This document shows, one piece after another, positions 1 to 7,413 of a stretch of DNA of 13,984 nucleotides (the first letter of the stretch is position 1; every line of letters starts with the position of its first letter). A program made the translations under genes and the position numbers. This DNA is from a virus. Taxonomy: Duplodnaviria > Heunggongvirae > Uroviricota > Caudoviricetes. The stretch covers positions 1 through 13,984 of the IMG/VR virus record IMGVR_UViG_2703718856_000007, one strand, 5' to 3'. Under the pieces are notes generated by a model. The model searched no databases. It worked only from the letters and a program-made list of their open reading frames with translations, and had not been told where the DNA came from.

Positions 1-1194
1 ATGATCACCGACACAAAGCTCAGGAAGGCGCTCGGCAAGAAAAGAGATGATATCGAGATTATTTCTGATTCGCACGGGCTCAACGCCAGAATCAGCCAGG
101 CCGGAAAAATATCATTTTTCTATCGGTATCGCTGGGCCGGTAAAGCGGTAAAACTCAATGTTGGTGATTATCCTGCAATGAGTATCACCCAGGCAAGAGA
201 GCGTCGCCAACAATTCAGAAACTGGTTAACTGAGGGACTGGATCCGCGAGAGCAGGTGAAGCTGGATAAGCAGACCCGACAGGAAGCGATGTCCGTTGCC
301 GAAGCGTTCAATTACTGGATTGAAAGGCACTGTATCGCTAACGGGCTAGTTAAAGTCGATTACTATCGCCAGGTGTTTGAGAAACATATCGCCGAACCGA
401 TGAAGAATGTCAAAGTCGATAACACAGCGAAAATGCACTGGATCAACGTCTTCGATTCTATAGAAAGCAGGGTGATGGCTCATTACATGCTTTCGCTGTG
501 CAAACGGGCGTTTAGGTTCTGCGTTAACAGAAGTGTGATCGCCTCAAACCCACTCGAGGGATTACTGCCATCTGATGTCGGGCAAAAGCCTAAAAAGAGA
601 ACTCGCAGGATGGACGATGACGATCTGCGCAAAATCTATCAGTGGTTGAAAAGCCATATGTCGATAGAGTCCGTTTTCCTGGTGAAATTTATTATGCTTA
701 CCGGATGCCGTACGGCTGAGATTCGACTTAGTGAGAGATCATGGTTTCGATTGGATGATAATGAGTGGGTCGTGCCTGCGGGCAGTTATAAAACTCGGGT
801 ACATATTAGAAGGGGACTCTCAGACGCCGCCGTTAACCTGGTCAGAAATCACCTCAAGAAAATAAACACCAATCACCTGGTGACTTCACAACGTAAAATT
901 GATGGCGGGATCAAAGATTCGCCCGTTCATTCACCTGTGGCATCCAATTACGCCCGTTCTATTTGGAATGGAACAGGTATGGCAGAGTGGTCGCTTCATG
1001 ATATGAGGCGGACGATAGCCACAAATCTCTCTGAGTTAGGTTGCCCGCCGCACGTAATTGAAAAGCTGCTCGGGCATCAGATGGTGGGGGTTATGGCGCA
1101 TTACAACCTTCATGACTATATCGATGATCAGAAACACTGGCTCCGCGTTTGGCAGAGCCATCTTGAAGAGATCATCGGAGAGCCCTTCAGTTAA
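1..1194 (+). CDS. int: Tyrosine recombinase / phage integrase (P4-type)
   Basis: 397-aa track ORF. N-terminus MITDTKLRK...FFYRYRW resembles the P4-type integrase N-terminal domain; C-terminus has the catalytic box [15 protein letters not shown]...LLGH...AHYNLHDY (H-x-x-R, H, Y) and TGCRTAE (box I Arg). The window starts at its ATG, so the true start could lie upstream. Confidence 0.85.
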
Positions 1195-1388
1195 TTTATC
1201 TTCTTTTTATCCTCCCACTCTTTGATTGACTCAGAGCGCCAGCGGTTAGGGTTGCCGGGCCAGTCAGGGGGTGGGAACGGGCATACGAAGCCCCGAGGCA
1301 TTGTGTCTGCACTTTGCCATGACCAAAGGGTTTTGCGTGAAATTTTGTAGCGACTGGTCAGGTCTGACGTTACCAAAATATCATCCAT
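1191..1388 (-). CDS. xis: Excisionase (lambda Xis-like)
   Basis: Motif TLWSW...[19 protein letters not shown] resembles the lambda Xis RWVRECRIFPPPVKDGREY region as I recall it. The ATG at 1388 (MDDILVTS...) is preceded by GGAGAGAG; the track ORF extends to a TTG at 1433. Stop codon overlaps the int stop, convergently. Confidence 0.6.
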
Positions 1389-1429
1389 AGCTCTCTCCAG
1401 TTGCCCGTTCGGGCCATTCAAAATCTTTT

Positions 1430-1672
1430 TCAACCAACCTGCCCGGGCAGGGAGCGGAGACGGCGCATGCCGGTCATCGCTGTGGCCACGTAGCTCGCCT
1501 TTCGGTTCACCACCTCCACCCAGACTTTCACGCCTTCAACCTTCACCGTATAAGTCTCTTTCATCTTGCTTCGCCCATAGTCGCCATATGTTTGCAAGTG
1601 AGCTGCCAGCGCGATGTCGCATGCTTGGCGAGCTAAAGGTGATTGCTTACTTCCTCGATTGATCAGTCGCAT
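1430..1672 (-). CDS. Hypothetical phage protein
   Basis: 80-aa ORF with a strong SD (AAGGAG, 7 nt before ATG), co-oriented in the recE-recT operon; no family recognised. Confidence 0.5.
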   Translation of the reverse strand: MRLINRGSKQSPLARQACDIALAAHLQTYGDYGRSKMKETYTVKVEGVKVWVEVVNRKASYVATAMTGMRRLRSLPGQVG

Positions 1673-1710
1673 ATAATCTCCTTGAGGGAGGGTTACCCCT
1701 CCCGGTCTCG

Positions 1711-2829
1711 TCAGGCCACGTATTCCGGTTTCATATCCGCCAGGGTGATGCTGAATTGATCGTGCAGTTCATCGCCTAAGTGACGCTTTGAAGATGCAAG
1801 CATGCGCTCGGCTTCAGCGAACCGTTCGGCTGCATGCGGCTCGTCGGGCTGGGGCAGGGATTTAATAGCCTCCTCAACCTTGTTGCGTGCATCCACTAGG
1901 TAATAACGCTTTACGGCTTTGTTTTTCAGCTCGGTGAATAGTGCGGATCCCAGCGTAGCTTTCGCCGTTTCAATGTCGGCACGCAGCGATTTGGCGCTAT
2001 CCACGTCCTGAGCAGATTCGATGCGTTCGCGGAAATCATCGGCAAGAGAGTCGACATTTACCGACGATTCCTGTGCGCTTTGCGTGGTTGTGACGGTGTC
2101 ACCTGAGATATCAGCCAGGCTAACGCGTTGCGGCGTTGGGTTGATCTCTTTTTCTGTGCGCTGTTCAATCTCATCAGGGGTGTACACACCAAGAACAACT
2201 GCAGGGCAATATAGGCGCGCCCAGTATTTGAGTGCCAGATAAGCGATCTGCTGTTTCGGGTTTGATACCCAAAGTGGAGAATTACGTGTGATTACGCTGG
2301 AGAGGAAAACAGGCTCTCCCCAGGTGATATCACTTTCACCGCGAATAACGGCACCTACCCGTACCGACAGTCCTTGTTCATCAGCACTTTCCCAACCGCG
2401 TACCATTTCTTTCTTGTCGTACGTCCCGCCACCTTTCGCAGGCTTTTTAACGGTTATCTCGCGGCTGCTGGCACATTTCGACCAGTCGCCCTCGTACTCA
2501 TAGTGAAAGCGGCCAACGATGGCGTTTGAGCTGGAGATCACCGCATTAACCAGTTGCGCTTCGTATCCCAGGACACCGTTAACCAGGTGCGTCTTTTGCG
2601 CCACGGCGTAAGGGTTCATACCCCACTGCATCGCCTGCATGATGATGGCCATGCAGTCTGCCGGATTGCCGCGGAGGTGCTCAGGCACCGTTACGGCTGC
2701 CTGTGCCATCAACCCGGCGACAGACTGAAGCTGGGTTAAAGCCTGCACGTTGAAAATGGCATTGCTGGCTGAGATCGTGTTTGGAGTCTGCTGTTCAGCG
2801 GTTACGATATTCGTGTTTTCCATCATCAT
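1711..2829 (-). CDS. recT: RecT/Redbeta-family single-strand annealing protein with a long C-terminal extension
   Basis: 372-aa ORF immediately downstream of recE. N-terminal CMAIIMQAMQWGMNPY matches the RecT-type helix pattern (MSFVSAIVQCSQLGLEPG in E. coli RecT, from memory); IAYLALKYWARLYCPAVVLG parallels RecT AIRRLFKYLPVSIEI. Three consecutive ATGs at the start; the first is taken. Confidence 0.65.
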   Translation of the reverse strand: MMMENTNIVTAEQQTPNTISASNAIFNVQALTQLQSVAGLMAQAAVTVPEHLRGNPADCMAIIMQAMQWGMNPYAVAQKTHLVNGVLGYEAQLVNAVISSSNAIVGRFHYEYEGDWSKCASSREITVKKPAKGGGTYDKKEMVRGWESADEQGLSVRVGAVIRGESDITWGEPVFLSSVITRNSPLWVSNPKQQIAYLALKYWARLYCPAVVLGVYTPDEIEQRTEKEINPTPQRVSLADISGDTVTTTQSAQESSVNVDSLADDFRERIESAQDVDSAKSLRADIETAKATLGSALFTELKNKAVKRYYLVDARNKVEEAIKSLPQPDEPHAAERFAEAERMLASSKRHLGDELHDQFSITLADMKPEYVA

Positions 2830-2834
2830 TCCCC

Positions 2835-5800
2835 TTATGCCTGAGTACGCAGCGCTTCAAGGCGGCGCAGGTCGAAGTCGTTCAGTTCGTCGGTGTAGTC
2901 AGCAGTGATTGGCGCTGGCCATTCACCTGTGTCGAATCCGGTTGCGATATTGCGCATCGCTTTGCGGTACTCGAGCATACCCAGCTCCAGTAGTTCAGCG
3001 GATGCCTCGATGATGGCGATCCAGTGGTAGTTCTCGTCTTTGTTGACGAAAATCCAGAAGAACTGATCCAGCGCTGCGGTTTCGCAGTACATAGCCGCGC
3101 TCAGGTGATAATCACGTTCAATAATTTCCCGGTGTAGCCTGGCGCGCAGGCTTTCCTGCTTAACATTCCACATGCTGATGGTTTTCAGGTCTGCACCTAT
3201 ACGCACGCCATCCAGGTCGATCTCAAGGTCAGGGCGCACACGAACTTCCAAGCCCGTCTCCTCGTCAAAACCAAAGTAGCTCACCTCAACGGCTCGGCTA
3301 GGGTGGGTCAGCAGCATGCCGGCGGTCGGGTGTGCCAGAAGCGCTTTTTGAATATTCAGCGCGGTGCTCAGCTGCTGGCGGGTGACCAGCACTTTTCCTT
3401 CCGGGTTATCGCGCCAGGCATCCAGCAGTTCGTCGGCAAATACGGCATCTGGTTTGACTGCCTTCACGGCCTGGATCATGTCTGCTTTGGTACCGGACAC
3501 TTTCAGTGGTGCCGGTTTCTGTGCTTCCTGAGCCACAAGGTCAGGGTTGATGATTGCCAACTGCTCCAGCAGCGCGTCACGGCTGCCGCTGGTTTTAACC
3601 GGCGGCGGCAGGGTGGCGTTGTACTCTTTAATGCATGCCTTCATTGCCGTCGCCGTCTGCTTCTGGTCACCATCAATACGCTGGAAGTCAGCTGGCAGCG
3701 CCATATAGTTCTGTGCCGTTTCTTCCAGGTTAGCGCCAAGCGGAACCTGCGGCGGCAGGGTGGCGTTGTACTCTTCCAGTAACACCTTGATGTTGTCGGC
3801 AGACAGCAGCGCCGGCAGGCTGGCATTGTGCTCATCGATAAAGGCGCGCAGGGTCGCGGCCGTTGTGAATGCGCCTTCAGGGATCACCGGTTCAACGCTG
3901 AATTCTGCGTCCAGTAGTTCAGGCTGCAACGCCAGCGCATGCACCAAGTTGCCCATGTCCAGCACCGCTGAGCGCTCTTTGACGATGGTTTTCTCTACGT
4001 GGCGCGCATTGAAGTACATCAGCGAAACGCGCGCATCTTTCACCTGGGTTGAGCTGATGCCGTTGGCGGCGTGGTAAACCTCGTTTGGCAGCCCTTCATA
4101 GCGGCCTGGCTCGAAATAAGCGGGATAAACAACAGCTGGTTCGTCAGATTGCGCTTCTGGCTCGGTTTGTGCTGCAACTGGTTCGGTTTGGCTTACAGAA
4201 TCGCTATTTTTGGCGACAGAATCCGTATTCTGGTCTACATCGTCCTTCTGGCTGGTATCTGACTCTTCACCAGACTCCAGACTGCTTTCGCCTGGCTGTA
4301 CTTCATCACCAGCTTGTTTTTCATCACTGACAGTTTCTTGAACCTGCACATTGCTGGTGGTCTCCGTAGCCTTTTTCGTGCCATGAGTTGCTGAGTTCTG
4401 CAGCAAAGCCGTAACGTCGAATATTCCGTTGCCGACATTTTTAACCAGTTCTTGTTCGACTTTCTGCGGTTGTGCTGCCGCTTCCTCTGCGCGGCGGCGT
4501 GCTCCTTCTTCACGCACGCGTTGCAGGTTCTCTTCGTGAGTGCAGAAGGATTTGCGCGGAGACTCCTTACCTTCAGGTTGGGGAATTTCCTGTGCTGCGG
4601 GTTCAGTCTCATGCAACGGCAATAACTCGACCGCGGAATTGAACGCGGCTGTCATGGTCTGGTTAACAAATTCCAGGTGAGCGACAGGAGTTAAATGAAT
4701 ATTTTCCGGTGCGATACGTACCAGGTTAAAAATAGCCGTGCGGTTAACACCCAGAACGCCTGGCTGATTGCGCAGGATGTTGCTCCATGATTTCCATGGT
4801 TCTTCTTTTTTGGTCACGATTTCTTTAGCGCGACGAAGAATGCTGCCCGGGATCTCGAAGTGGTTGAAGTCCATAGGCAGAAGGGCACACGCAATCTCTA
4901 AATCGAGAGTGTCCAGTGTGTGGTGTGCGTCAGGTCCACGGTCAGTGACGTAACCGCCGTCGGCATTAGTGCCGGAATCAGTACGCTGCACACTACTGAT
5001 GCGATTACCGGCGGCCCATTCGCGAACGAGGATACCGCGGTCGATGTGATCTGTAGCGAACCACAATTTCAAAAACTGGATTAAGGTTGCGAGTTCAGGG
5101 ATTTTTCCATCGACAGGGAAGACTTTCTTAACGGCATTCACGACTTTATGAATATCGTGCTCAATGGCTTTTTTGAATGCTTCCACATTCTCAGCTGCCA
5201 GCAGCAGGTTCTGGACGTACGCGTCATCGGTGTCCATCTCAAGGCGGACAATCTCATTTTTCTGCCCTGCGTCGATGTGATAGAGATATTCACCATCACC
5301 GATGAACTGAGCCAGTACGCGCTGGCGGAATGGCAGGGTGGCAACAACGATCAGGTTCGGTTGCTGTGTCTGCTGGGATTGCTCTTCGGTATCGACTTCA
5401 CCATCAACGACGCCACCTTCTGCCCGGCCGTTCTCGTCGGTCTGGATACCGTCCTCAACAGTGAGATCTTGACCCGTTGTAACGTCAGCAGCGTTGCTGG
5501 TTTCAGTTTTGAGCAACTGCAACTTACCACTGCGCCAGTCTTCTACCAGTTGATTGCGGTCACCGGCATCGGTGTTCACCCAGTCAGACATGAATGCAGC
5601 GATCAATCTTGGTTCGTGCTCTTCGTCTGGTGTGAAAATGTCCTTAACCGCCCGAATCATTTTCCACTCAGCATTCAGGCTGAGTTTGGCGGTCGCGGGC
5701 ACATCGTTCCTTGCCACAAGCAGGCTATGGAGATATGTATTGCCTTCATCCAGTGACATTTCGCTGGCAGCCAACTGCTGCTCTTTAGTGACGTGGGTTT

Positions 5801-6224
5801 GGTATTTATCGTTCATCAGATGGACGGCAAAGCGGACCGCTGGAGTACGGTTTTCAACCGGGACAATTTCGGACGCAGTCGCATCTTCAACGATTACGGT
5901 CGGAGTAGGTGTGTAGGGGGCGTCAACGGAACCAGTAGACACACCAGCGGCTTTTGGCAGCCAGGTGCGCCCATCGTCCTGAAGCTCGTAGCGATCACAC
6001 CAGGTAAAATCAACTTCACCTTCTTTCGGCAGGCCGTCGACAACTGGGAAATCAGTGCGAATCGGTTTGGCGTAGTCCTTACCCCGACCTGTTTCGATAC
6101 CTGCATCTTCCAGCGCAACATCCAGCATCAGATTGGCGCGAGCCTCGGTTTTAGCAGTGAACCAGACCACTGCATCTTGCTTTCCGGATTTCTGAGTGGC
6201 TTTAACCACATTAAAGAATTCCAT
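2835..6224 (-). CDS. recE: Exonuclease VIII (RecE-like), large 1129-aa form
   Basis: N-terminal DFPVVDGLPKEGEVDFTWCDRYEL and REWAAGNRISSVQRTDSGTNADGGYVTDRG closely parallel E. coli Rac RecE motifs (NFPVVNDLPAEGEIDFTW..., [30 protein letters not shown]) as recalled. C-terminal nuclease-like region ends ...GEWP. RBS GAGGAT upstream of the ATG at 6224. Confidence 0.85.
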   Translation of the reverse strand: MEFFNVVKATQKSGKQDAVVWFTAKTEARANLMLDVALEDAGIETGRGKDYAKPIRTDFPVVDGLPKEGEVDFTWCDRYELQDDGRTWLPKAAGVSTGSVDAPYTPTPTVIVEDATASEIVPVENRTPAVRFAVHLMNDKYQTHVTKEQQLAASEMSLDEGNTYLHSLLVARNDVPATAKLSLNAEWKMIRAVKDIFTPDEEHEPRLIAAFMSDWVNTDAGDRNQLVEDWRSGKLQLLKTETSNAADVTTGQDLTVEDGIQTDENGRAEGGVVDGEVDTEEQSQQTQQPNLIVVATLPFRQRVLAQFIGDGEYLYHIDAGQKNEIVRLEMDTDDAYVQNLLLAAENVEAFKKAIEHDIHKVVNAVKKVFPVDGKIPELATLIQFLKLWFATDHIDRGILVREWAAGNRISSVQRTDSGTNADGGYVTDRGPDAHHTLDTLDLEIACALLPMDFNHFEIPGSILRRAKEIVTKKEEPWKSWSNILRNQPGVLGVNRTAIFNLVRIAPENIHLTPVAHLEFVNQTMTAAFNSAVELLPLHETEPAAQEIPQPEGKESPRKSFCTHEENLQRVREEGARRRAEEAAAQPQKVEQELVKNVGNGIFDVTALLQNSATHGTKKATETTSNVQVQETVSDEKQAGDEVQPGESSLESGEESDTSQKDDVDQNTDSVAKNSDSVSQTEPVAAQTEPEAQSDEPAVVYPAYFEPGRYEGLPNEVYHAANGISSTQVKDARVSLMYFNARHVEKTIVKERSAVLDMGNLVHALALQPELLDAEFSVEPVIPEGAFTTAATLRAFIDEHNASLPALLSADNIKVLLEEYNATLPPQVPLGANLEETAQNYMALPADFQRIDGDQKQTATAMKACIKEYNATLPPPVKTSGSRDALLEQLAIINPDLVAQEAQKPAPLKVSGTKADMIQAVKAVKPDAVFADELLDAWRDNPEGKVLVTRQQLSTALNIQKALLAHPTAGMLLTHPSRAVEVSYFGFDEETGLEVRVRPDLEIDLDGVRIGADLKTISMWNVKQESLRARLHREIIERDYHLSAAMYCETAALDQFFWIFVNKDENYHWIAIIEASAELLELGMLEYRKAMRNIATGFDTGEWPAPITADYTDELNDFDLRRLEALRTQA
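3604..3837. repeat. Internal 147-bp-period direct repeats within recE
   Basis: 26-bp identical segments at ~3604-3629 and ~3751-3776 (cggcggcagggtggcgttgtactctt), plus a degenerate third copy at ~3811-3837. On the minus strand they encode three EYNATLPP/EHNASLPA motifs spaced 49 codons apart. Confidence 0.6.
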
Positions 6225-6363
6225 GTGAGATCCTCATTTTTGGGTGTTAGAATCCCCGGACCATTGATAGCGCCCATTGGGTTAACTTTGGTTTTAATGT
6301 TGTTTCCGGTGTAACTTTGGTCGGTACCACCAGACGTAGATCCCGCCTTGCGCGGGTTTTACG

Positions 6364-6525
6364 TTAGCCTTCGTGAGCCATCTGGTCGTGCGAAGCGCAA
6401 CGTTTGGAGCAATACTCTTTTTCTTTGCGCGCCAGCTGTGAGCCGTTGCGATAGAGAAGGGTGCTCTTGATTACTTCCTCCGTTTTAACCGGCTTGCCGC
6501 AATATCCGCATTTCTTGTCTAACAT
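6364..6525 (-). CDS. Small zinc-ribbon-like protein (53 aa; CxxC...CxxxC), not in ORF track
   Basis: Manual translation: MLDKKCGYCGKPVKTEEVIKSTLLYRNGSQLARKEKEYCSKRCASHDQMAHEG. Strong SD GGAGGA 4-5 nt upstream of the ATG. Sits between the upstream small gene (stop 6537) and recE, co-oriented. Confidence 0.5.
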   Translation of the reverse strand: MLDKKCGYCGKPVKTEEVIKSTLLYRNGSQLARKEKEYCSKRCASHDQMAHEG

Positions 6526-6536
6526 GACATCCTCCG

Positions 6537-6743
6537 CTAGTGGCTGAGTCCATGCCCCAACCCGTTCAGATAAACTTCAACCAGCAAGTCGGTTGTGTAA
6601 GTCCGCTCAATCCCACGATGCAGATACAGGCGGCCGCGTTTATTTGCTGATGCTGTCCAGGTGCTTTCCCGATGCTTAACGAGCATCCCTGGGAGAACGG
6701 CGCCGCGGTTAACAGTCTGTGTCCCGTAATGATGACTAACCAT
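6537..6743 (-). CDS. Hypothetical small protein (about 68 aa)
   Basis: Track ORF 6537..6803 trimmed to the internal ATG at 6743 (MVSHHYGTQ...), which has a G-rich SD-like stretch and overlaps the stop of the upstream ORF (ATGGTTAG), suggesting translational coupling. Weak. Confidence 0.3.
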   Translation of the reverse strand: MVSHHYGTQTVNRGAVLPGMLVKHRESTWTASANKRGRLYLHRGIERTYTTDLLVEVYLNGLGHGLSH

Positions 6744-6924
6744 TGAACACCCCCGTGAAATGCATAATTTCGACAGCCAGGCCAGCCCAGAAAACCACAC
6801 CAATGGCCAGCGCGATAACCAGTGAGCGAATGCCGTTTCTGCTCATACCGCACCCCAGCACTGAACGCTTACGAATGCGACCAAAGCCAACAACAGAGCC
6901 ACCTTCACCTTGAATCTGTTCCAC
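6736..6924 (-). CDS. Hypothetical small membrane protein, first gene of the leftward operon
   Basis: 62-aa track ORF with a GTG start and GAGG about 7 nt upstream. Contains one hydrophobic segment (LVIALAIGVVFWAGLAVEI). An internal ATG at ~6846 would give a 36-aa version. Weak. Confidence 0.3.
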   Translation of the reverse strand: MEQIQGEGGSVVGFGRIRKRSVLGCGMSRNGIRSLVIALAIGVVFWAGLAVEIMHFTGVFNG

Positions 6925-7021
6925 GCAGGAACCTCATGTTCGCGGATCATCTCTTCACCTTTGCCTTATCGCGGCTAACGGGACGTTTTGACTTCACCCC
7001 GGCGTTGCCGGTGTTGTTTGG

Positions 7022-7110
7022 ATGAGATGATAATAGCAATGAGTATTAACCATAGCAATACGTATTGTTATTATTTGATAGCTATTGCTATTAAATCATT
7101 GATAGCTAAA
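7022..7110 (-). promoter_or_regulatory. OL/PL-like early-left promoter with repressor operator repeats
   Basis: AT-rich region with repeated TAGCAAT/ATTGCTA half-sites, including the perfect 12-bp palindrome CAATACGTATTG (~7054-7065). Minus-strand -35 TTGCTA (7053-7058), 17-bp spacer, -10 TATTAT (7030-7035). The same hexamers and operator motifs recur at the cI-cro intergenic region. Confidence 0.45.
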
Positions 7111-7170
7111 TGAATTTATTTTTTCCTATTGTGCTGTTATGCTCAAAAAAACGCCAAAAAGGGTAGCGCC

Positions 7171-7374
7171 ATGTCGAATGAGGATGAGTTTTTCGCAGAG
7201 ATGCACCCGCAGATTGCGCAGGTCATCGGGATAGCGGTTATGCAGCTGCTGGTTGAGAGGCGCGAGCCATCAAGAGAGGCGCTGATAGAGATGATTCAGG
7301 TGCTGTGGCAGGGTGACCAGGTAGATCTGGCAGTAGAGCTGGCACTGGATGTGCTGATGCTGAGGGAAGAGTAG
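7171..7374 (+). CDS. Small acidic hypothetical protein (67 aa)
   Basis: MSNEDEFFAEMHPQIAQVIGIAVMQLLVERREPSREALIEMIQVLWQGDQVDLAVELALDVLMLREE. GC-rich codon third positions typical of host-adapted coding sequence; AAGGG about 8 nt before the ATG. The track's TTG start at 7129 is less likely. Confidence 0.55.
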   Translation: MSNEDEFFAEMHPQIAQVIGIAVMQLLVERREPSREALIEMIQVLWQGDQVDLAVELALDVLMLREE

Positions 7375-7383
7375 GGCAGTAAC

Positions 7384-7405
7384 AACCCGGCGCGGTGGCC
7401 GGGTT
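7384..7405. terminator. Stem-loop between convergent genes (8-bp perfect stem AACCCGGC / GCCGGGTT, 6-nt loop)
   Basis: Seen directly in sequence. Lies between the stop of the 7171..7374 ORF (+) and the stop of the 7414..8331 ORF (-). No U-tract on either strand, so function as an intrinsic terminator is uncertain. Confidence 0.3.
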
Positions 7406-7413
7406 AACGTCTA

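Noticed and set aside
3303-6314. Several + strand track ORFs (e.g. 3303..3782, 5148..5756, 5793..6314) lying antisense within recE
   Set aside because: All are embedded antisense in a long, well-supported gene, with Cys/Trp/Arg-rich composition typical of shadow ORFs in GC-rich coding sequence.
6566-6853. 95-aa minus-strand ORF in an alternative frame of the small-gene region
   Set aside because: Trp/Cys/Gly-rich composition and overlap with two other candidate frames; the frames with translational-coupling signals (6736..6924 and 6537..6743) were preferred, themselves at low confidence.
7129-7170. TTG-initiated extension of the small acidic ORF
   Set aside because: The ATG at 7171 has a better-spaced SD and the extension lies within the AT-rich operator region.
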